Notes: generated from the letters alone by a model not told the origin. A stretch of DNA of 62,200 nucleotides, filler included, from Basidioascus undulatus (GCA_000826855.1; 5 parts of 5 records of this genome joined end to end with filler, not necessarily neighbours in it); one strand, 5' to 3'. Counted from the whole stretch's first letter, positions 23,308 to 36,489 are shown. Numbers and translations are program-made.

Positions 23308-26300
23308 ATGCTTGCATCTCTTGCATTGGCCCTGGCGGCCTTTTCACCTCTTTGTACGCATCACCATCTCCTCAACAACGGCAGAGACAGCTCGCTCACT
23401 GGTTGAAACCCATTACAGCATCTGCCGTGCCTACCGGAAGTGACGGTGGCAGTGGGAGCTCTGGATCGGTCTCTACATCGGGCAGCCTCGACGTTTCGGG
23501 CATTTTGCATGGCAACCAAGGCGCGACTCTGCTCGGCCAGCTGAAGGCGGACGGCTCTGCCGACGCTTCACTGGGCATTGGTGAGTCGCCTTGCGCATCT
23601 TCATACTTTCGGGCACTTTTTTCTGACTGAATACCGTAAATCCTTTCAGAGATCCAAAGTGTTGTTGATCTTGTCTGGGACCTCAAGTGCACGTCCGAGG
23701 AGCTCTCGCCTCAGATCAGTGCGTATACGTGTTGTGCTCCTGGAAACACTTGCATGGTTGTAAGGCTAATAATGGGCGGCACTCGACTTGTCAGACTCTA
23801 CTGTCTCCGGCGGTGCCTCCGTCGACCTCAACTCTCTGACCACCGTTTTCGGCAAGCTCGACGACGCTTTCAGCAAGTGCACGACTGGCATCCAGCAGCT
23901 CGTGCAGGGTTCATCCGGCAGCATCGACATTACGAACAATGGGACTTGGTACGAGAAACGGGACGGCGTCGTGACCATCGTCGGCATTTTTGCGCCCCAG
24001 CTTGTCGGCGTAAGTAAAACATTCTCAAAGCTCGGCGCAGCGTACGAAGCTCATTACAAGGCGCTTCACAGTCGCTCAGTATTGTGTACGAGTACCAAGA
24101 GCAAATCCAGGGCCTTAAGGACGTAATTTCCGGTATTGAGTACGTTGATCACCGCGCAGGCTTTCTCTGTTGCCTGACAGCGGCTCATACATATATATCC
24201 TCTCCTGCCCCCAGCTCGGCGTTCGCCGCGTTCTTTTATGGCCTTGACGCGAGCGTTTGGGGTGTCCTTGAGGAGATTAAGAAAAAGTGGGTCGGTGTTT
24301 TGGTCTCTTGAAAACTTTTGCAGTCTGATCCCCAGTTTTCGACCTTCAGCATTTCCTTCGACGCCAACTCGCTCAAGGGCCTCCCTCAGGTATCTGGGTG
24401 CATTGGCAGCTCTGCGTCCAGCGGGGGCGGGAGCGCGTCTGCCAGCGGTGGCGCAAGCGACCTGAACGGCAGTGCTACTGCGACTTCCACCGGTAAGCAA
24501 TACTTTTTACCTGAGGAGAAAGGGCACGCAGACTTTACCTGCACTTCGGTCTCATTCCTTATTATTCACAGGTGTTTCTGCGTCTACGACGGATGCCTCC
24601 GGCTCTGGGGGCGGCGGTGCTCCTGGCTCTGCGAGTAAGTCCCGTCGACCTTGTTCTTTCTCGGTATCGAATTATTTACCCATTTGTGGCGTGAAGGTTC
24701 CTCTGTGCCTGTCTCTTTTGGTACCAGCACTACGGCCTGGACGACGGGAGGTCAGGACGGCCAAGCCACGGCCACTGCCACCGGTAAGCTTCCCTTGCCG
24801 TCGATTCTTCATGATACGTCACGCTGACAGTTTATCTCCTTGGTTCCCACAAACCCACCAATTGTTTCTCCGTCTGTTTTCCGTCGCATCTTTTCCCTTC
24901 CTCAGGCGCTGGCGCAGGCGCTACCGGTTCGGCGGGGGGGTCGGTGGGAGGCGGCGGCTCTGACTCCTCTGGCAAGTACCTTCTCTTTTGAAATAAGAGG
25001 GAGAACAAAATATTCACGTGGCTAATTTGGTTGTCGCCCCATAGGCGTCCCGGGTTCGTCGGACGGGGCAGCAGGCTCTGCCGGCACTGCTGGCACGAGC
25101 GTCAGTGCTAGCGAAACCGGTACCGGTTCTGGTGCGTCCCTTCTTGACAAATGGCAATACATTCTGCGGTTTATGAGCCGACTAAATCATGTTTCAGGCC
25201 CGGCTCCCACTGGCGGTCTGAGCGGCGGCGCTGGAGGCGGCAGTGAGTCCTTTCTGAACCAGAACGCACACCAATGATGCACGTGTGAATTCGTATTCAC
25301 GATTGACTCAAACTCCTCACCAGACGGCAACGGTGGCAGCTCCGGCGACTCTGGCTCGGGCGGCTCGCAGGGTGGTTCGGGTTCCGGCTCCGCGGATGGC
25401 GCAGCAGGAGGCTCTGGCAATGGATCTCCCGGCGGTGAGTCCCGTTCATTTCACGAGCCAACTTGATGTGCACGATTTTCAACCTGTTTCTTTATACGTT
25501 ACAGAGGTCTCCAAGGGACCTTCCGGCGGTAAGGACGGAGGCTCTCACTCTGGCTCCCACGGCGACTCTGGCTCTGGCTCTTCCGGCAGTATGTCCTTTT
25601 CCTTTAAGTAGAGAGTGTGGTTATAGAGGTCGAATAATTCTGACAAACTGTCCGTTTTTCGATCGTCAGACGGATCTAATGGCCCGTCGGGCGGCAAGGG
25701 CGGAGCATCGGGCTCTGGCTCGACTGGCGAATCTGGCTCGGGTTCTCCTGGTGGTGAGTTTACTTTCTTCCAGAACTCAAAGATATTTGTGTTCCATGAA
25801 GCTGATTTTCTCTGGCGGATTCTCAGAGGGCTCCAAGGGACCGTCTGGCGGTAAGGACGGCGGTTCGGGTTCCGGCTCGCAGGATGGCTCGGGCTCTGGC
25901 TCTCAAGGCGGTACGTAGTCCCTCACACACACAGATCACCTGGACTCAGCGTATCATTTGGCTGACGTCTGTTCTGCCCTTTTCCTACAGATGGCTCCAC
26001 GGGTCCGTCTGACGGAGGCTCTGGCTCGGGTACTTCCGACGGTAAGCTCCCCTTCCCGAACATGGACTTTATGAGTCAAAAGGTATCTAAAACTTTTGTA
26101 TTCCACATCATAGGCGGGTCTAAGGGACCCTCGGACGGTAAGAACGGAGGTTCCGGTTCTGGCTCGCAGGGAGGCTCCGGCTCTTCGGGCGGCAAGTGCC
26201 TCTTTAGTCCATGCCCACTCCAGTTTCAGGACACTCCAGATTCTTACACTTATTTTTCAGGTGGCTCGAAGGGACAGCCCGGTGGCTCTGACGGAGGGTC

Positions 26301-26434
26301 GGGCTCCGCCTCGGCTGGTGGCTCCGGCTCGGCTCCTTCTGGCGGTAAGGCCCACTTCTGCCGTGTCCGAGGAATCTTCGCATTGGATGCTGATTTTGGC
26401 TCTTCTATCAGGTAACTGCCCTTGCAGCAACTGA
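23308..26434 (+). CDS. Secreted protein: signal peptide + helical (possibly SC15-like) domain + long Gly/Ser-rich repeat tail, about 20 exons
   Basis: MLASLALALAAFSPL|SSAVPTG signal. Domain includes 'IDSAFAAFFYGLDASVWGVLEEIKK'. Twelve phase-1 exons (24572-26344) of G/S repeats 'GSKGPSGGKDGGSGSGS'. Final exon GNCPCSN* at 26412-26434. Confidence 0.8.
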
Positions 26435-27857
26435 GTCACTCCCACCCTTGCCGAACAGGCCTGTACCTGTTCCACCGTTTCGATCATGATCACGAACGCT
26501 ATCCATTTTCATTTTTACATTGCTTTGCAACCAATAAAAGTTTTCTCTCATTTCATCAGTCCACTCCCTATGTCTTAGAACAAACAAACATGCGCCCAAT
26601 CGAAGTGGCAGTGCACATGAATCAATTCCCTCGTTCTACTCTTCCCTGCCTCATTCGGATGTGTAGTCTCTAGATAGGGCGTGTAAAGCAGACAGTGGAA
26701 GAGCCCACGGATAATTTTCTGTTCTCCAAATACTCAAACCTTGAGACACTACACTGTGTTTGCTAAGAACCGGTATTAATATTGCCGTTCTGTGTCACCA
26801 TCCTCGCTGGCGAACCGCGCAGCCGAACATGAACAGGGGAGCCCCACGAGCGCCCTTACGCGTTGTGCTACTGGTCAAAGCACTCCGGTCCAAGCGTCCC
26901 TCTGGGCTATTCCTGATGCAGTCTCGTTCCGGGTGTCGTCCCCAAGCAGGTCCTTGAACAGCCGGAGACCCGCCTGCGGCGTCGTACGAAGCAACTCGTT
27001 GCACGCATGTCCACCCGCAAGCGGCCGGGCGCACTGCCCGAGCGAGCCTTTCGAGGATGCCTGCTCCTCTACTGCGAGAAATAATCAAGGGATGTAGGAC
27101 AATGAGGGGTCGAGGGCGAAATGCTTGTGGGCGTATCACTTAGAGGGGCGGCAGGTCGGCTTCCCCCATCCCGGGAGCTTGGATGATCGGACGTCGCTCA
27201 TCGTCAGGGGTGTAGCAACCCGAAAGTAATGCGCAGTCCACGATATCCAGGAAGCCTTCGGAAACGTAGGCAGCGACGAGCACCACGAGCCGAGGGGCCA
27301 TGGCAGAGCTCAACGAGGTCGACTTTGGCCATTACAGCTGGCTGTGGTGAGAGGGTGATTTGGTGAATGTGAAAAGTGAAGCTGTTTTCCTTTGTTTCTT
27401 TTGGAGGTGCATAAATGTGGGGAGAAATACAAGAAATTCAACGCATCTGCAGGGCTGGCTCGACGGTATGCCTCTTCAGTCGCCGCGCTCATGACACCTC
27501 AAAGGAGTGCAGCAGACACCGCTGCTGAGGAGCTTTCCGAGTTCTTGTTACCCCCTTCTACACATATTTTAATTGGTAATTGGTAATGAGCAGAGCTAGC
27601 TCCAAAACTGCTGACAGGACGCCTAGGACGCCTAAGTTCCATGTTAGTTATGCAGGCGCACTGGCAGCGACTATCACAGACTCGCCGCTTTATGACCACT
27701 ACCCAGCAGCGTCATGACTAAGGCGAAAACCTTTGGAAGTGGGCAAGGAAACCACAAGAAACACTTTGACGCGAAGCCCTGCCGGTTGAGACTGGGAGGC
27801 GGAACTTGCCGCTTGGCCGCGTGTATCGGTTACTTGACCTCGAACGCCCACATCTCG

Positions 27858-30800
27858 ATGGCCCTCCCCCGCCATGCGCTCGCGCCAATATTACTCACCC
27901 TGCTCGCGGCGGCGCTTCTCTACCGATCTATAACCTCTTTCACCTCCTCCGATCAGAGAGCAGCGCAATGTCGGATGGCGTGGATGAGCCCGTCGTACGT
28001 CCGGATCCCGGGCGTGCCCAGCAAGCTCGCGGGCAAGTACTCGCTCTGGCTGTACAGGGAGGTCGGATGGGATGGCGACGAGACAGTGCGTATCTTTCAA
28101 TTGAGTCCGTCTAGAGTGCGGGCAATGATAAAGGAAATGTTCGCAGCCCAGCGGCATCCCCGTCCTGTTCATCCCTGGCAACGCCGGCTCGTTCAAGCAG
28201 GTCCGGTCCATAGCTGCCGAGGCGGCGCGCCAGTTCTACGACGTGCCATTCAGGCCGAACAAGGACTTGGTGGAGCAGGGCGGTTTGTCGCTAGACTTCT
28301 GGGCGAGTGAGTGGTCGTGCTGGGCCTATTCATCGCTAGGCAGGCGCTCATGGATGCCGTTCTCTTCCTGGTCTTCTCCCCACTTCTCACTCTTGCCCCT
28401 CGCGATGCTCTCGGATCACCTTCGAACACCTTCGAAACTTAACGCCTCGTAACCCTGTTCGATCGTACCCGTTCGCTGCTGCCAGTCGAGATGAACGAAG
28501 AGTTCACGGCCTTCCACGCCCCCACGCTCGTCGAGCAAGCCCAGTTCTCTCTCGACTCGATGCACCACATCCTCTCGCTCTACGAAGCCCACCCGCGACC
28601 TTCATCTCAACCTTCCCCATCCTCGGTGATCGTCCTCGCACACTCGATGGGCGGCATCGTAGCACGCCACATCCCGCTCCTGCCGTCTTACTCGCCGAGC
28701 CTGATCCAGCACATCGTTACGCTCTCCACACCACACCTTCTCCCACCCGTCACGTTCTCCCGCCCTCTATCCCGGCTCTACGCGAATCTGCCTCCCCCCT
28801 CTGAGCACAACATCACGCTCGTCTCCATCAGCGGCTCCTCGGCGGACACGACGCTCGCGAGCGACTACACGTACCTCCCCGGCTCGCTCAGCGTCTACTC
28901 GCCCGCGATCCCTGGCGTCTGGACCGCAGTCGGACACCAGGTCATTGTTTGGTGCGACCAGCTGCGGCGTGTCGTAGCTCGCGCGCTGCTCGAAAGCGTC
29001 GACGCGACGCGGCCGAGCGGCCTGAAAGGCGCCACGGCACGCATGGGCGTCTGGGCGAGGGCCTTGGGGGCCGAGCCGCATCTTCTCGGCCATCAGCAAC
29101 AGACGCGCGATCTATCGCGGACGGGCTCCATCCACACGTCACTGGATGCCTATCATGTCCGCTCGTTCGAGTACAGCTCTTACCCGCTCGATCCTCATCC
29201 TCCTCATATCGACATGCTCAACCCGCCTCCTCCAAACACGCGCTTCACCGTCCTCACGACCTTGCCGAACGCGACCCCCCTCGCGCGGCACAAGTCCTTT
29301 TCAGCCCCACCCCCTCCTCTGCTCGAGCTGTACGCGTGCGCCGATGCGCTCTACGCCTCCTGCCGCTTGCTGCCGTGGACGACGTGCGAGATCCTGCCGA
29401 GAAGCGGAGGGGATGGGAAGGACTGGCCGGGGAAGGAAGGCGTGGACGAGCGCGAGGTCATGTCGCACTTTGTGGCGGATCTGGAGGGAAGGCGGGAGGG
29501 CGAGAAGCTCGTCCTCTTGCATTCGGGGACGGAGCGCAAGGAGCGTAAGGGCTGGCTTGAGGCGGGTTATACTCCCAAGGACGCGGAGATCGTGCACACG
29601 ACCACGACCTTGGGTAGGTTGCTTGATCGCCTGACTTTACCGTGTCTGACTTGCTCTCCCACTTCTTCAGGCGTTCTACTTCGCCCCGTCCAGCTACTTC
29701 CTCCTTCGCCGGCCCCACTCCCCCTCAGGACACACATCCGCCTCCCCAACGCTCTCGCCTCTTCTCTCCTCGTCTACAAAATCACCTCAACGTCTTCGTC
29801 CTGCCCTGCCGGTGCGCACTCCTGCGTCTCTTTCTCCTATCCAAAGCTCACTCCCCATCTCACTCCAGCTTTCAACCCAAACGAATCGCCTCTCTTTGCG
29901 CCGCTCCTCCGGCACAGCACGCTCTCCCCGCACGCGCACGAGCACGTCTTCTACCCGTCCCTCCCGCGCACGGTGCAAATCCACTCGCACGCCGCGTCCG
30001 CCCCGTTCCTCCCCAACCAGGCCCGCGGCATCGCGCTCGATCTGTGGATCCCGCTCATGCCGGAGGGGTGCCGCGCGCTGGAGGAGCTCACGATTACTCT
30101 CGACGTGCGGGCGAGCGCGGGAACGCTCGTGCTCAGGTATCGGATGGCCGTGGTTGGGTTCGCGCTGCTCGTGCTAGTACTCGTGCTACGCGTCCAGCTG
30201 GAGGCGTATGACGCCGGACGTACGTTTCGTTCCTCCCGACCCTTCTTGCATTATGTTTTGACGGTGATCCTGGGAATAGAACCTTTGCACTCCTTCCCGA
30301 CCGCCCTCTCCCGCTTCACAACCTCGCATTTTCCCAAGCTGCTCGCTCTCTCCTCCGCTCTTCCTCTCGTGCAGTCCTTCCTCAGCCCCGTCTTCCCCTT
30401 CCTCCTGACGCTCCTCCTCGGCAACACGGAAGCCTTCTTCTGGCTGCTGCTGCCCGCGTTCGTCATCGTCGGCTACGGGCTCGTGGTCGTCTCGTGGCTC
30501 GCTTTCGCGGGGCTCGTCCAGGGCGCGAGTCGCGTCTTGCGGCTGGTCGACCGGAGACAGGAGGGGAGGGCGTCGCATTCTTTCCCGAGGTGCGTCTTTC
30601 TCGCAGCGATTTAGGCGAACATTGCGGTCGTCATGCTAAAGTCCAAAAATGAGCTCAGGTCTTCAGCGCCTACGCCGCTCCGCACACATCGCCACGTCGC
30701 CGCTATGACACTGCTTGTTCTCCTCGTGCTCACCTTTGTCCCGTATCAATTCGCCTACCTCGTCGCTTTTGCCATCCATCTTCTTGCGACCGTCCGTGCC

Positions 30801-31384
30801 GCTTCCGCTTGCACTTCATCTGACAAGGTACATATTGTTCTCCACGCAACTTCACCCAGTACGCTGATGCAGTCACCTCGCCAGGGCTCCAACGACCGCT
30901 ACCACCTCTACCTCACCCTCCTCCTCCTCTTCGCGTGGGTGCTCCCGCTCCCCGCGCCCGTGCTCGTCGTCTGGGTGCGCAACCTCGCCGCGCACTCGTG
31001 GTGGACGCCCTTCGGTGCAGACCACAACGTCCTCGCCGTCCTGCCGTTCCTGCTCTTCGTCGAAGCAGCCACGAGCGGGAAGATGCTATCTCGCTCTTCT
31101 TACCCGTACGTCCGTTCCCCTGCCACCTGTACGTTCATTGCTGATGGACGATGACGAGAATGCACAGCTGGCACGGCCGCGCAATGTCCGCGCTGCTCCT
31201 CGCGTTCGCGGCCTACGCGCTCGTCTTCGGCGCGCGGTACACGTACGGGCTGTACGACTTCGCCAACGTCCTGGTCGCGTGGCTTCTGCTGCGCCAGTCG
31301 GGGTGGCTTGAGCGGTTGGGGAAGAACGGGGTGCCCGCGGTCGAGCACAGAGCTGGGGATGGGAAATCGGGCGGGACTGGTTGA
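27858..31384 (+). CDS. BST1: GPI inositol deacylase (Bst1/PGAP1), multi-exon
   Basis: [52 protein letters not shown] lipase motif; [10 protein letters not shown]-terminal TM helices 'PYQFAY' and '[10 protein letters not shown]'. Confidence 0.93.
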
Positions 31385-32055
31385 GCTCATGGAATGCGAT
31401 AACGCTTGTCCAGAGACCATGGAAGCGCGGGATACCGTTGGAAATAAAACAGAAAGGCCAAAATATGAAGGGCGGACAGAATGAGCGCTTAGCAATGATA
31501 TGACCCAGCGCTGTTCTCGATGCGCGAAAAATTCACACGACGTCGCTTCCACTTCACACTTCAGGGCCGCCGTGTCAGGCTCCCGAACTGCAACGACCAT
31601 TACCATTGAGGTATAGAGCACAAGCAATAGACTAAGTTTCGTTCCCGTAATGTGCTTAAGATTTGCAACGGCACGACGGTCCGCTGTCCGCGCGGTATAG
31701 TGACGGACGGCAAGGGGATGCGTGCACTCGATGTTACCCGCATACCCACACCCAAGCAAGAAGCCACTTTGAGACGTTTGAACTAGACCTCTTCGTTATT
31801 TTGTGAACTGTCCGGGTTCTGCGCACACATCTCCGGCACCTCGCAAGGCGCTCCGAGCGCCTTGCCTTGCCCCCGTTATCTTATCGCAAGCTCAACGGCC
31901 GGGCCGATAGCCGGCCATTGCCGCGCTCGGCAACGAGAGCGACCGCATGCTTTACGGCGAGCAGATGTCCTTTCTCCGAAGCACACCACTCTTGCCCTCC
32001 TTGCACCATCATCCTCATCCTCCTCCCCATCAACGCACCCCGCTCACCTCCAACG

Positions 32056-34755
32056 ATGGGCGCCCCCTCCCCGCTCCCGCCGCCGAGCACCTCCCCGCCC
32101 GCGCGCTCGCCAGAGAAGCGCTTCCTCCTCGGCGCAGCACTCACCGCACTCGCCCTCACCTCGCTCTACTTCCTGCCCTCCCCGCACTGCTCGAAGCAGC
32201 ACCACCACCACCACAAGCACACGCTCCCGCCCGTCTCGTGCCCCGCCCAGCCCGCGGCGCTCAGCCAGCCCCTGCCGTTCGACCCCCCGCAGGGGTTCAA
32301 GGCTGCTGCCGCCGAGCGGTGGGCCGGCGCGGTCCGCGTACCGACCCCCAGCTATGATGATTTTGGGGAGGTTGGGGTGGATGGGAGGTACGAGGTCTTC
32401 CCGCCCTTTGCGGAGTATTTGAGGAAGACTTGGCCAGAGGTGTGAGTGCCGTTCTTTGCGTACCCCGGGCGGGTTGTTCGTTGGGAGCTGATGAAACGGT
32501 GGAACACTGCAGGCATGAGCACCTTGAGCTCGAGAAGGTCAACACGCATGGGTTGCTCTACACCTGGCCTGGGTCGGACCCGTCTCTCAAGGTGCGCTCC
32601 CTCACCCAACCCCGAGAGCCACCTCTCTACCTGAGTCTGCTCTGAATTCCACCGCCCGTCTTCTCTTGAAGCCCCTCGTCCTCATGGCACACCAGGATGT
32701 CGTCCCCGTCCCGAACGAGACCGTCTCGCGCTGGACTTACCCGCCCTTCTCAGGGCATATCGACGAGTACGGCTGGGTCTGGGGGCGCGGCGTGGGGGAC
32801 TGCAAGATGCTTCTCACCGCGTGGGTCTTCTTCCTTCTTCCCCCTTCCCCCTTCCGCCCATCCTCCATCCCCCTTTCCCACCTCCGTCCTCTGTTTCCCC
32901 GCCTTCTCCCTCTGTTTCCCTACCTTCTTCCACTGTTCACCTCCATGTACGACTGCTAACACTCAGTGTTCACCTCCATGTACGACTGCTAACACTCAGT
33001 GTTCACCTCCATGTACGACTGCTAACACTCAGATTTCCCCACAGGATCTTCGACTCCCTCACCCTCCTCCTCTCCCAGTCCTTCACTCCTCGGCGCACAG
33101 TCATCATCTCCCTCGGGTTCGACGAAGAGATCTCGGGCCCTCAGGGCGCGCGGCGCCTGGCAGAGCGCGTGCTCGAGCTGTACGGGCAGGACGGCGTCTT
33201 CCTGCTCGTGGACGAGGGCGGCGGGAACGCGGACGGCGTGTATGGACAGGACTACGCCCTCCCTGCTATGGGCGAGAAGGGCTACTTGGATGTTACTGTC
33301 AGCGTTGCGTTGAAGGGAGGGCACTCGAGCGTCCCGCCGGAGCATACGAGTGCGTAGACGCAGTGCTTCTTCGTTTTCCGCATGGAGACAGCTGAACCCC
33401 CCAGGACAGGTATCGGTATCCTCGCTCAACTCGTCTCCGCGATCGAAGCCAACCCGCACTCGCCCAGCCTCTCGCCCCTCGTGCGTCCCTATCCCCCATA
33501 CCCATACCCATCCCCCATCGCTCCTCCCTCCCACTATCCTCCCCCTTCCTCCCTCCTCTCTCCTGCCCTCACACTCCTTCCTCTTCTTCCACCACCCCTA
33601 TCTCCGGCGAGATGACGATCGAGACGCTAACACTCCGTCTCCCGACCCCGCCCGGCCGCCCGCCACAGAACCCCTTCACCGCCCACCTCCAATGCCTCGC
33701 CTCGCACTCGCCTTCCCTGCCGTCCCACCTGCGTGACACGCTCCTCGATGCGTCGCGCTGGGGCGAGGCGGCGGAGCTGGTCGCCGCTACGGGGCCGGAG
33801 AACCGCTAGTACGTCTCTCTTCTGTCCTTCTTTCTCTCCGCTTCCCCGAGATAGTGGGTTGGGAATGGGATTGGGTGCGCGGTGCTGAAACGATGATGGG
33901 ACTGGGCGTGAAGCTTGCTCCAGACTAGCCAGGCGGTGGACCTCATTTCGGGCGGGGTGAAGATCAACGCGCTGCCGGAGATCGTGCGTCCCCCCTCCCC
34001 CATCGCCCTCCATTCCCTTGCGCTAATCCTAACTTTTCTATCGTTTCCCCGCTCCCACCAGGCCCAGTTCACAGTGAACCAGCGCATCTCCGCCCCCTAC
34101 TCCGTTGCGCTCACCAAGACCCACCTCGAACACATCCTCCGCCCTGTCACTGAGAAGTTCAACCTTACCTTCCTCGGGTTCTCGCACGAGGGCGAAGACG
34201 AGCAGCCCGTCGGGAGCGTGAAGCTCAAGACGTTCGGGCGGAGCATCGACCCTGCGCCGTTGACGCCCAGGGAGGGCGGGGCGTGGGAGGTGTTTGCGGG
34301 GACGGTGAGGCACGTGTTTGGGGAGATGAGGGTCGTTTCGCCGTTTATTTCGACGGGGAACACGGACAGTGCGTTTTGCCTTTTCTCCCGCTTTCTCATT
34401 CTCTTGTCCGCCTCTTCCCACCTGTGCCCACATCTCTCCTTTCCCTCTTCTCGCACAAACGCGGAAACGGTCTGCTGACCGACGGGCTCCTCGCCTCGCT
34501 CAGCTCGCTGGTACTGGAACTCCACCCGCGCGATCTATCGCTACCAGGGTGCGAGCGCCGAGACGTTCTACAGTGCGTCCCCGTCCCTTTCCCATCCCTT
34601 CTTTCTTCCTATCACGAGGTTCTGATTCTGTTGGGTGGGTGACCACAGACGCGCACACCGTCGACGAGCGCGCGCACATCGACGGGCACTACGACACAGT
34701 GCGGTGGGTGCACGCCCTCGTGCAGGGCGCAAACGGGTGGGAGGGGGAGGAGTAG
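32056..34755 (+). CDS. CPS1: Gly-Xaa carboxypeptidase S (M20 family), multi-exon
   Basis: N-terminal TM; KVNTHGLLYTWPGSD; LMAHQDVVPV; WGRGVGDCK; GFDEEISG; VDEGGG; EKGYLD; GGHSSVPP; GGVKINALPE; GNTD; HTVDER. Confidence 0.92.
32934..33032 (+). repeat. Perfect 3 x 33-bp tandem repeat at the 3' end of a CPS1 intron
   Basis: Unit TGTTCACCTCCATGTACGACTGCTAACACTCAG at 32934, 32967 and 33000. Confidence 0.95.
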
Positions 34756-35533
34756 AATGCCGTGCGAGGAAATAGCGGAGAAGAGAGTGGTTTGGGAAGG
34801 ATGGGTGGGGATTGGACGGATGAGTTTGTATACCGCGTGGGGTGGGGGAAATACCTGTGTGTATAAGGTTGGATGTATAGATGAGGGAGATAATGGTAGA
34901 GACTGCGGTTGGATGGATGAAAACGAACATCGAGTCGGGTTGATGAGCGAGGCACGCGAAGTACCATGGATGTGCTTGCCAGGCGCGAAAAGGCGCAATC
35001 CCTGAAGCATCTGGTTCATAATGAATGGCTCTTGTCTGTTCTTCTCGTTCAGTTAAATACGGCCTCCCTGCCGCCACTGCGTCCCAAGCCATTGCAAGAT
35101 TTCCTCAACTGAGCCTGTAGTGCCTCCCGTATAGCTATATTTGGAAAGGTCATTCGCGAGATGCACTGCAACAATCAGCACATTCGATGGACAGTCAGCC
35201 GCACACCAGCAAGTGTGCCGATGGAATCATTATGTACCACATTCTCTGTCCGCGCGTGGGTCTGCGGGCCGGCAATATTCATCCGTCCGCGTCCTCATTC
35301 TGAATTGGTAATATTAATTCTTGCATTCTTGTCCGTAATATAACTGGCAAGATCGGCAATATTCGTGATCGCGGTTCACCTGAGAGGTCCATCCTCCTGG
35401 TCATGACCGTGCATAAAGGTTGAGGATGCAAGGGAAAGGTATTTAGGGGAGGTTGTCGAAGCTGGTGCGACTCTAATCTTCTCCAAAATCCACATTTCGC
35501 TTTTCCTACCACACCACCCCTACGTCAACCACA

Positions 35534-36185
35534 ATGCACTTCACCTCGCTCGTTGCCGCTGTCGCGGCCGTGCTCGTTGCCGCCCCTGGCGCTCTTGCCA
35601 TTGGCAATGTACGTTTTAAGCTCCAGATCAATTTCTTGTTTTCTTTCTAATGCATTGAGGGTTTTGACCTGCCGCTGCAGATCAACAAGACTGGCAACAG
35701 TGCCGCATACTCTTTCGAGGAGCGCACTAGCATCAAGACGTACGAGTCTCGGACTGGGAGGTTGCCAACGGCGACTCCTGATCTCGGTTACTCCAACGTC
35801 AAGATAACCCGGGAAGGCCCGTTCATATATTATCGTTCACCCCCCCCCCCCCCACCCTCAAAAAACAAACCTGCCCTTCCTTATCTCGCATCACCCGATG
35901 ATACATCCGTCCCGGCTATCAACCCCGTCTTGCTACTCTTTCCTTGAACACACAAATGAGCAGAACCTCGCTGATATCCCTGTTTGTCGTTTAAGTCACT
36001 TCAGGCTGTGCGATTCACTTTGTCCACAAGGGCCACCCAGTCGAGGAGACCGTCATCCTCGACACGACTGGACTGCTTACCCGACCCAGGACGAGTGGCA
36101 GGGTCTCCTGCACGACAGCTCGGGCAACACCGATGTGTACATCGCGAACATCGGCAACGGCTACTTTGCGTGGTGGGGCAACTAG
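35534..36185 (+). CDS. Small secreted protein of unknown function (about 105 aa; exon model uncertain)
   Basis: Signal peptide MHFTSLVAAVAAVLVAAPGALA; intron 35609-35680. A possible intron 35740-36004 gives an intact ORF ending ...DVYIANIGNGYFAWWGN*. Confidence 0.55.
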
Positions 36186-36489
36186 GCTCAATCAGGTGAG
36201 GGCGCTCATCAGGGGAGGAAGGGGGCGAGGGTCAGTCGAAGGGTGCAGGGGTACCGATACGCCCACGTACTTTGCGATATTCAAGCGTCATCACTGCTTC
36301 GTGGTCCTTATGTTGGTTTCAAGAAATTAAGTATCCCCTTTACGAAAGACAAAAAGGCAGCCTTCACGTAACACCTAGAAAAGCGGACACACGCTCAGGC
36401 AGCGGTCGACAAGAACAAGCACTTTGTGCCGAGAGGTCTAGAGAGGTACAGCAAAAATGAAAAGTTATGGTTTTCCAACAATTCCCAGC

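Noticed and set aside
26830..27305. Minus-strand coding-like stretches (MAPRLVVLVAAYVSEG..., LRLFKDLLGDDTRNE...)
   Set aside because: Interrupted by stops and not assignable to a family.
32934..33032. 33-bp repeat as a CRISPR array
   Set aside because: Head-to-tail units without spacers, inside a eukaryotic intron, and no cas genes.
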